This document shows positions 54,801 through 64,000 of a DNA stretch of 64,000 nt, piece after piece (within the stretch, counting starts at the first letter, position 1; each line of letters starts with the position of its first letter). Where the stretch lies: assembly GCF_018350175.1 (NCBI RefSeq), contig NC_058368.1, positions 147,810,001-147,874,000 on the forward strand, written 5' to 3'. A program made the position numbers and the translations under genes. Below the pieces are notes generated by a model, which was given only the letters and a program-made list of their open reading frames with translations, searched no databases and was not told where the DNA came from. This DNA is from Felis catus (Eukaryota).

Positions 54801-55614
54801 GATTGAATCATTACACAAATTGCTCCTTTTCTTTTTTTCTTAACTTCACAGAAACTGCCATAACTTCTTGTCCATTAACATTTTTATTTGAGGATTATAA
54901 ATATGCTTGGACTAGAACAACTGGATTTGTATTTTGTCTAAGCAACAAATATAAGAATCCTGATATGGATTGTTGCTTTCCAACAGAGGTGAGACAAATT
55001 AATCCAGCAAGTGACACTTTCTATGACATGTTTTATGCCTAGCTTGTCACTGGTAATTGAAACAGAAGGTAGAGTGGTTTTAAACCTTCCTGATAGGATA
55101 TCACTTTACTGTGGTTTTTCAACTTTCGCTTCTCTTCCTGTTTCCAAACAGTTCATGGCTCAGATAAGAAACCAAAGTTTATTTGAAAAAATAGTGTGGA
55201 TTAGTTAAGGTAGCAGGAGTGACAGAACAAAGATAGAACCCACGATAGTGGAACCTGCAATTTCTAGGGGCACTTTTAATCTTCTCCTCTCAACTTAAGA
55301 ACTTTGTGCACATTTCCTAAAGACAAGGACAAGTTGTTTTATGTCTCTTGTTATGTGCATTCAGGTTTTATAAAGATTGCTATGAAATTATCAACTACAT
55401 GTTAATAAACCTTTTCAAAATACAACTTGCCAAGATATTCATGATCTCAAAAACTCAACAAATGCAAACATTTACTAGAATATTTAATATAAATGTATAA
55501 CCAGTATCTCTATTTCTGAGACTATTTCAGGTTAAATATTATTTATTTCCATGAAAACATCATTTTAGTAGGTTTTTCATTTTTACTCTTTCCACATATT
55601 TATCTAAATGAGCA

Positions 55615-55616
<2 letters not shown>

Positions 55617-55663
<47 letters not shown>

Positions 55664-55671
55664 CGCGCGCG
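55617..55671. repeat. compound (GT)n(GC)n microsatellite
   Basis: Read directly; uninterrupted purine-pyrimidine alternation. Confidence 0.96.
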
Positions 55672-56390
55672 ATGGAATGATGGAATGAGAACAAATTCTC
55701 ATGAGGCTTATGTAAATTCAGGTCTTCTGACAAGCAGGCTTCAATATGGAAACAAAAGAAAACACTAAAAGATGTATTAGGGAAAATGCCTATGTGATCA
55801 AATTAAAAGGGCAAGAGGGAGGTGGTGCCGGGAAAGCTATCCCACTGCAAGTAGCACTGACCTGGTGAAAGAGAGGGAAGGAAGGAAATGTGTTTGCGGC
55901 GGGCAGGGCAATCTTAGGTAGATGAAGCCCAGCACTGTTGGCCTCAGTCAGTTATGTTCTTTGATGTCAAAGTTCTGAGGGAACATTGTTATGGTAGGCA
56001 CAGAACTCAAATTTAAAACCCTCTATTACAGAAGAAAAATAAGAAAGTATACATAAACTTGTTCTTAAGTGATCAGGTTATGTGGTAGTATTTTTTCATT
56101 ATTTCGACATTGTTATTTATGATGTTTGTACTTTTACTGTTGTTTATTAAAACATCCATTAATTTTTCCACTGAAAAAAACAGCAAAGTGCTTAACATGA
56201 ATGGATCCTTTATGTCTATCTTTGAGGGCAACCAAGGAAAGGTTTGGGCAATCATCATTACAAACCACAGTAACTTCTGGAAGAAGAAGAAATTCAAAGG
56301 ATAGATTGAAAGGTGTCTCCTTTAGAGAAGTAAAGTCACAAAGTTGAGCCCTTAAATTCTGCTACAAAGAAAGAAGGATAAGAACATATA

Positions 56391-56630
56391 TAGTAACACC
56401 TTGGTTTGTGAGCATAATTCTTTGCACAAATGTGCTTGTAATCCAAAGCGCTTGTATATTAAAGTGAATTTCAAGAACCATTGGCTCAATTGTGATCATG
56501 TGATTGTTGGCATCACATACTACTCATATGGCAAGACATCACTCGATTATCAAGTTAAAATTTATTAGAAATGTTTGCTTGTATTTGGAACACTCACAGA
56601 ACGAGTTCCTCACAATCCAAGGTTTTACTG
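56391..56630. mobile_element. Tigger-type MITE, same family as 46332-46550, opposite orientation
   Basis: TIRs (t)agtaacaccttgg...ccaaggttttactg. The internal sequence is the reverse complement of the 46.3 kb copy (caagaaccattggctcaattgtgatcatgtg). Confidence 0.85.
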
Positions 56631-56847
56631 AATATATGTTCATCTATATATATGTACATACATATAGTACAAAAGTCTAATAAATATGTGGCTCTGATAA
56701 TTCCTAAGAAAAAAGTCAAGTATTTCAGTTATTTACCATGTCAGATTCTTTACAACTTTAACAAAACGTCAGTTGTTCACTCTTAGAGGTCTTCTGATTG
56801 ACTAGACAAAGTTTGGATCTGCTTACTTTTAAAAACAGATAGCTGCA

Positions 56848-57066
56848 GGGGCACCTGGGTGGCTCAGTCGGTTAAGTGTCTGACTTCAGCTCAGGTCACG
56901 ATCTCACGGTTCGTGAGTTCGAGCCCCGCGTCGGGCTCTGGGCTGATGGCTCAGAGCCTGGAGCCTGCTTCCGATTCTGTGTCTCCCTCTCTCTCTGCCC
57001 CTCCCCCGTTCATGCTCTGTCTCTCTCTGTCTCAAAAATAAATAAACGTTAAAAAAAATTAAAAAA
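56848..57066 (+). mobile_element. feline SINEC element, near consensus
   Basis: CpG-rich SINEC with TSD caga(t/a)agctgca. Confidence 0.96.
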
Positions 57067-57744
57067 AAACCAGAAAGCTGCAATTTTTGTATTTGTAATT
57101 TTAAACTAAAACTTAGCAGTTAATTACAAGTAAATACATTGAAAGGATTTTTCTATATATTTCCTCTGTTAGTTTACATGAAGAATTTCCAAGAAGAGCT
57201 AAGAACTATACAGTTAGTAATATGTGGCCAATGAGAAAATGATCATAATGATATATGATTATATTTTTGCCAAATGTAGTCATCAGTTATATCAGTAACT
57301 AAGATAAGCTGTTGTTCCTGCTAGAGGAGATGAAAGGCACTTGGAAATGCCTCACTCTCTTCTGGGTTCTTCATATCACAATGAAGACACCCATAGATAC
57401 TTGGCACAGTTAGCATTAAAGCTGTTTTCCCCATATTTGCTGTTTATGATTGACCAATATCTCAATCACCATAAATATTATGTATTGACGTTGACTGGCT
57501 GTTTGTATGGCAATCTCTACCTCCTAGCATTGCCCCGGGCACCAGCTGTGTGCAGTGCTCTGAGCCACTGGTGTGACATTTTAAATGCTGCTTTATCAAC
57601 TAGAATTAACTATCATTGGAGACCATGGAATGAGAAACTATGAGAAACATAAGAAAAACTAAAAATCAACAAAATGAGATTGTACTATCTTGAAAATCAT
57701 GGATATTTTATTCCTGATGATTTTTCTTCATAATAGTTCCCCTA

Positions 57745-57958
57745 TTTAAAAAAATTATGTTTTTATTTTTGAGAGAGACAGAGATAGAGTGTGGGAAGGG
57801 GAGGGGCGCATAGAGAGAGGGAGACACAGAATCTGAAGTGGGCTCCAGGCTCTGAGCTGTCACCACAGAGCCCAACACGGGGCTCGAACTCACGGACTGT
57901 GAGATCATGACCTGAGCTGAAGTTGGACGCTTAACTGACTGAGCCACTCAGGCGCCCC
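57745..57958 (-). mobile_element. Can-SINE
   Basis: Antisense SINEC ending gagccactcaggcgcccc. Confidence 0.94.
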
Positions 57959-58364
57959 AGTTCTTCCTTATTTTTTAAGTGGAGTTTGTTATAATGATGG
58001 GAAGACAACAGACTAGGAGGCAAGAAGTGGGAGGAACTTGATTTTGCACTGTAGGTTTAACTTTGGGCATGATATTATTGCATTGACTTCTGTATTCATT
58101 ACATTTCACCAATGGCCCCAAGATAATCCAGTACTGGGGAACAGGTTGGAAGCAACTTCTACTTTGATATACATGCATATAAATCAAGGGTGTAGCTATT
58201 GGTAATGAATAAGGTGGACACTTTATTATTTAAATTTGGGACAGGAATAAAAGAGAAAGGTAGTGATGTAATCATGATCTACTACACAGATCTCCTTTCC
58301 TTTCTTTGTTAACAAAGCAGGACAATCTTAAGGGGAATTAGTTGGACATCGAGTGGAAACATTT

Positions 58365-58578
58365 TATGTTTTATTTTTATTTTTGAGTTTTTTTATTTTG
58401 AGAGAGAGAGAGAGAGAACAGGAGCATCAGAGAGATAATGAGAGAGACAGAATCCCAAGCAGCCTCACACTGTCAGCACAGAGGCTGATGTGGGTCTCAA
58501 CTCGTCAACCATGAGATTGTGACCTAAACCAAAATCATGAAACAGCTGCTTAACCACTGAGCTACCCAGGTGTGTCTC
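58365..58578 (-). mobile_element. Can-SINE
   Basis: Diverged antisense SINEC with TSD agtggaaacattt. Confidence 0.88.
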
Positions 58579-58984
58579 AAGTGGAAACATTTCAAATGTT
58601 CCACTTCAAGCGAAAGTTCAATAAATTACATTTTCTATACATAGTTAACAATGATAACTGAAATTTACTAAGACTTAGGTAGGTATCAGCATATCCCAAT
58701 CACTTAACATGGACTATCTGGTTCAGAAAATACTCTATTAAAATACTCTATTATTTTGTTCATTTCAGGAGTGAGGAGTCTGAGATATGAAGTATGTCCA
58801 ATGCTTGCCTAAGATCCTGCTAGCAGAAACAAAACAAACTATCTAGAGCCTTTATGCTCAAACACTTGCTTTATTGCCTTCCTTGTTGCTACTGAGAGAA
58901 AGACCCCTACAGAGAGGGTATTTCATGGATAAACTTAGGCTATCAGTGTCTGCACAACTGACTTTTAAGATTTTTTTTAGAGGA

Positions 58985-59198
58985 GGGGCGCCTGGGTGGC
59001 CCGGTGATTTAAGTGTCTGACTTTGGCTCAGGTCGTGGTTCATGAGTTCAAGCCCTGTCTCGGGCTCTGTGCTGACATCTCAGATCCTGGAGCCTGCTTC
59101 AGATTCTGTGTCTCCTCTCTCTTGCCTTCCCTGATCACACTCTGTCTCTTTCTGTCTCTCAAAGATAAATAATAAAAACACCAAAAAAGATTTTTTAA
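58985..59198 (+). mobile_element. Can-SINE
   Basis: SINEC with TSD ttttttagagga. Confidence 0.92.
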
Positions 59199-59469
59199 AG
59201 AATTTTTTAGAGGAGATTCCTGAATTTGTTAAGAAACAATAAAAGTTGGATTTAAAGCTTTTAAGATTCTAACTTTTATAAATTTACTCCATTCAGTAAC
59301 ATACTGATATTGTGGACCAAAAAAACCAAAACCACAGTAACAACAAAAAACCCACGAGTTTGGTTTAAACTAAAAGTACAAAGTACACACTTGTTTTATC
59401 AATGCCATTAAGAAGTCTTAGTCAGATTTTTTGGAACATGTAAAAGTCTTTGGCTACATAGCTATTCAA

Positions 59470-60320
59470 TGGCCCAAATCCAGCAAACTGACAACACCAA
59501 AAGCTGGCCAGGATGCGGAGCAACAAGAGCTCTCATTCATTGCTGGTGGGAATGCAAAATAGCATGACACTTTAGAGAACAGTTTGGTGGCTTCTTACTA
59601 AACGAAACATGCTCTTACCAAATGATCCAGCAATTACACCCCTTGGAATTTACCCAAAGTAGTTGGAAACTTATATCCACACAAAAGCCTGCATGTGGAT
59701 GTTTACAGCATCTTTATTCATGATTGCCAAAACCTGGAAGCAACCAAGATGTCCTTCAATATGTGAAAGGATAAATAAACTGCGGTGCATCAGAAAATGA
59801 ATTTTTACTTAGCACTAAGAAGAAATGAGCTATCAAGCCATGCAAAGATGTGGAGGAAAGTTAAATGTACATAACTAAATGAAAATCCAACCTAAAAAGG
59901 CTACAAACTGTATGATTCCAATTATATGACATTCTCAAAAAGGCAAAACTATGGAAGCAGTAATAAGATCACTGGTTTCTAGGGACTGAGGTAGGGAGGA
60001 TGAACCCGTAGAGCACGGAGGATTTTCAGGGCAGTGAAAATACACTGTATGACACTTTAGTGAGGGACACAAGTCATTGTACATTTGTGTGTACCTACAG
60101 CATGCACAATACCAGGTGCGAACCCTAATGTAAACTTTGGACTTGGGATTATGATGGGTCAGTGTCCGTTTATCAATCGAAACAAAGGTATCACTCTCAT
60201 AGGGGACGCTGATGATGAGGAAAGATATGCATGTGTAGGGGCAGGAGGAATATGAGAAACCTCTGTACCTTCCTTTCAGTTGTACTATACATCTAAAACT
60301 GCTGTTAAAAAAAACTTTAA
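59470..60320 (+). mobile_element. old L1 3' end (ORF2 C-terminus and 3'UTR)
   Basis: ctctcattcattgctggtgggaatgcaaaat; gatccagcaattacacc; ggaagcaaccaagatgtccttca; gaaccctaatgtaaact; ends taaaactgctgttaaaaaaaa. Confidence 0.92.
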
Positions 60321-60964
60321 AAAGCAGTTGGAAACACTTGCTTTCATGTACTACAGAAGAAGAGCAATTTCTCTTGTCCCCCTTCTGTTTTGCAGAATCT
60401 CAGTTTGTCGCTCAGCTTTTTCCTAATTACTACAATTCCTCGCCCCGTCAGAATCAGCTTCTCACTCTACACCCATCACATATACACTAGTCTCATTCTT
60501 CCTTCCTACCCTGCTATAATGCCAGTTAATTAGAATGTGGATCTGATGTGCTAAAAGAAGAGCAGAGAGAGAGAAGAGAGACAGGAGGAGGAACAAAGAA
60601 AAAAGAAAGAAATATATCACTATTCTGGTATACTGCAGCTACCTGGTACCAGTTCAGAGCTTTGAGATAAAATGAATATGCAAAGGACTTGACTTGTATT
60701 CCTCCATCTCTTATTGTTAATAAGTCTCTTCATTCATTTTCTTTAACTGCAGTCCTTGATAACCTCGAGCAGCAACACTGAGGATAGTAACAGAAGAGAT
60801 AAGAGGGAAGACCTCTTCCAACCACTGCTCCTTAATTTCCCTGGATCCCCATTATGTTCCTTACCATTCCTTTTAATACTTTTTTTCTTTTAGATTCTTA
60901 ATGTGTTAAATAGAAACTTATAAAGTTGTCAGATATCCTAACAATCATATTTTTAAATAACTGT

Positions 60965-61230
60965 ATTTATAATTATATATATGTATATATATGCACATAC
61001 ATACATATGTACATATGTATGTATGCACATATATACGTACATATGTATATATGTGCATATATACATATGTACATATGTATGTATGTGCATATATATACAT
61101 ATGTATATATGTGTATATATGCATATATACATACGTATATTATATGTTCGTATATGCATATATACACATACATATATGTGTATATTTGTACATATATATG
61201 TATATTTGTATATATATGTATATATATAAT
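60965..61230. repeat. degenerate (TA/TG/CA) low-complexity tract
   Basis: Alternating AT-rich dinucleotides; source of five spurious Y/I/C/H/M-rich ORFs. Confidence 0.93.
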
Positions 61231-62449
61231 TATGAGCAGCATATTAAATACAACCAGTTTCTGAGTTAAGAAGAGATTGCAGCTAAATTATACACACACA
61301 CACACACACACACACATTCACACTATTTTTCTGGTATGGCTGTATCTTATTTATGTAGTGTAATCTAGTCCAGTATCTTGCATCTAAGGTCCTTTGAACC
61401 TGATATCATGGTAGAAAAATGGAGGATGAATTTGAAGATAAACAAAAAAAAATCACTGGTATTATATCTATATTACTTAAAACAGCTCATCTACAACTGA
61501 TAAGAAATCACAATTTGAAAGTTGCTTGTGTTTATATCTCTCCTTGTCTTTCACTTGTCCTTTAAAAAAAAGTGTAGGAAAGTTAAGGGGAAAGTTACAG
61601 AATATACTATATAAGGATTATGCAGTGAGATTTCATAAGTAGAAATTCTTACTGAACATGAGAAACAATATCCACGAGGAATAACCCATCTCCCACTAGA
61701 AGACATTCCCCCCACTCCCTGCAAAAAACTACAAGATGGGTCCTGCTCTCACTTTAAGAAAGAACCTAGTCATTTGGTTGGGAAATTTCCACACATTTGG
61801 CAAGAAATTGGAATAAGATACAAATGAAGGTTTGTTCTCAAGTAAATTACTAGTGAATGGTGGATTATTTTGCTGAGTGAAAATTTTCTCTGTAAGACTT
61901 GATTCTCAGAGAAATAACCCAGGTTAGGTTAAAGATACCAAAGCAGAAGTGTTTTAAAGGATTACATACTGTTTGAGGTGGGAAGAAATACAGCCATCAA
62001 TTTATACTTGACAGGTAAGAAAACTGACCTCCAAATACATTAATTAATTTATCCATGTATTAATTTCTAATTATTACAAATATGAATGCCTAAAAGAAAA
62101 GATAATACATCTGACCTCATAAAAATTAAAAGCTCTGCAGCACATAAATAAAAAATCATAATGAAAGTTAAAAGATAAATGACAACTAAGACAAATATTA
62201 GCAACTTAACAAAAAAAAAGGAATGCTTTCCTTTTACAGAAATAAGTGGTTCAAATTAATTACAGAAAGATGAACAATCCTATGGAAATGAAGCAGAGAA
62301 CATGGACATACAGCTAACATGAAAACACCCAGTTAACTTATGAAAAACTATTCACTTACTAAAAACAAGTACCTCTGCTAATCTATAAAATGGAAAACGC
62401 TTAAATGTTGGATAGCACCATAGTTAAGTGATTGTGAGGAAGCACAATG

Positions 62450-63290
62450 AGTGGCGTACTACAGACAGGTTTCCCAGCTCAGGAGAGCTGATTTGTTCAT
62501 TTCTGCACAACTGTAATTTCAGTAACATTGTTCAGGTAGTTAGTATGAAACTGGTGTTGGCTGGAGAATTTTTGTCGCGGAGTTTGCCAATCACTATCAA
62601 TAAAGATAGTTTTGTGGTTTCGGTTTTTTTGCTTGTTTTTGTTTCTGTTTTTTTAAGCCAGAGACCCACTCGCTAAGCATTCATCAGCATACCACTATGT
62701 ATACTCACAATTTAATATGAGAATTTAACTCTCTGAGGAACTTGCGGTTGCAGCTACAGCAGAGTTCTAGATGACCCGCTCCCGTTCCTGACTCAGCTCC
62801 GTTCCCTTTCTGCGAAGCACAAGTTAATCAGGAAACCACCACTCAGCCACAGCTTTTCAAGACTCCGGGAAGACACCCGTGGAACCATAGGTGGCGATTC
62901 ATCAAATGAGAATTAATCTACCTAGCAGCAACATAAAGCCTTTCGAAAGAGTATGTGCTGACTTGATCAGAGGCACAAAGGAAAAACATCTCAAAGTGAA
63001 AGGACAGGCTGATGCCCACGGTGACTCTGAGAATCACTACAAGAAAACCCTGTGGTGACGGTTCTAAGACCTGGGATCTTTCTCAAATGAGGATCCATAT
63101 GCGACGCATTGATTCACAAAGTCCTTCTGAGACCTTAAGCAGATTGTTCCCATCAGTACTGAGCCAGGAGTCAACACTGAAGTCACCAATATAGATGTTT
63201 AAATCAACCTTTTTAATAAATCGATTATCAGTTGTAAATAAATAAATAAAATGAGAATTTAGTTGATACAACTTTCCTACCAGAATGCTA
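62450..63290. mobile_element. hAT-type DNA transposon relic (MER63-like) interrupted by the RPS20 retrocopy
   Basis: Left end agtggcgtact...agctcaggagagctgatttgtt and right end taccagaatgcta resemble MER63-group termini. Confidence 0.5.
62728..63250 (+). pseudogene. RPS20: processed pseudogene of 40S ribosomal protein S20
   Basis: Intronless decayed CDS 62849-63202: (ATG>ACA)[20 protein letters not shown]...[18 protein letters not shown] / [22 protein letters not shown]...QMRIH...EVTNIDV*. It has a 5'UTR, AATAAA at 63215, an A-rich tail and TSD atgagaattta (62717-62727 / 63251-63261). Confidence 0.95.
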
Positions 63291-63311
63291 TATATAAATA
63301 TATAACCAAAA

Positions 63312-63316
<5 letters not shown>

Positions 63317-63361
<45 letters not shown>
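63317..63361. repeat. (TA)n microsatellite
   Basis: Read directly. Confidence 0.96.
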
Positions 63362-63364
<3 letters not shown>

Positions 63365-64000
63365 TCAGCAATTTCACTTTTATTAGTCTATCCTTAAATG
63401 TATTTAGACAGGTGTGTAAACGACTATGAAAAAAAGATGGGCATGGTGTCACTTTTTTAAAAAAAGAAAAACAAATGGAAACACTCTAAATATCCAGTGA
63501 TAAAAACTGACACAAAAAAACTACGGACATCTAGACAAAGGGAAAATTTTGCATTCATTTGAAAACAAAAAAGAAGTCCCACATATAATGATATGTAAAT
63601 ATCATATACCAAACATTATTTGAAATGAGAAAAGAAAGCAAGTCACCAAATAGTAGACATAGTATGATATCTTTGTGTTAATAAAATTGTATAGCCAAAA
63701 ACAAACAAACAAATAAATAAGTAACATCTGAAAGGTTAAAAAAATGTTGATTAACACTATTTGCCTTTAGAGAGTGGTACAGTATGATACATCAGGAGAA
63801 AATATATACATATATAGATACACCTACAGACACACACATATTTTCTGTTCTTCTATTACACAGAATCTTATATGCACACACATATATGATACATACAATT
63901 TTATACATACATATTATATATACAATATTCTTTATAAATTATCCTTATTTAAATGTTTAGTTTCATCAATCATCATTTTTAAAGGGGAAATACTGCTTTG

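Larger units (their letters stand above)
62030..63780 (+). mobile_element. very old L1 3' fragment split by a hAT element and a retrocopy
   Basis: L1 text on both sides (cataaaaattaaaagctctgc at ~62120; gactcagcaatttcactttta and aatggaaacactctaaatatcca at ~63360-63500). Confidence 0.65.

Noticed and set aside
60926..61269. Five overlapping ORFs on both strands
   Set aside because: Artefacts of an alternating dinucleotide tract that lacks stop codons.

Overview
AT-rich mammalian non-genic DNA from a felid: many tRNA-derived Can-SINEs of the feline SINEC_Fc type, plus old eutherian L1, L2, MIR, MLT1, ERV1 and Tigger/hAT fossils and microsatellites. I found no intact protein-coding gene; the supplied ORF track is almost all noise from repeats and low-complexity sequence. 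Recognisable relics include an RPS20 processed pseudogene (62728-63250), a tailless 5'-half tRNA-Gln retropseudogene (29786-29824) and an ERV1 env/LTR remnant (~32.2-33.4 kb). The main observation is a heavily decayed ~2 kb plus-strand reading frame at ~42.8-45.6 kb. Read across frameshifts, it shows in the correct order motifs F, A, B, C (SDD), D and E and later conserved blocks of an orthomyxovirus-like (Articulavirales) PB1 RNA polymerase subunit. It is split by an ancient MLT1 LTR and by nested feline SINEs, so it looks like a very old endogenised segment of a segmented negative-strand RNA virus. Protein and repeat comparisons were made by eye against remembered reference sequences, not by database search. 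Repeat family names and boundaries are approximate.
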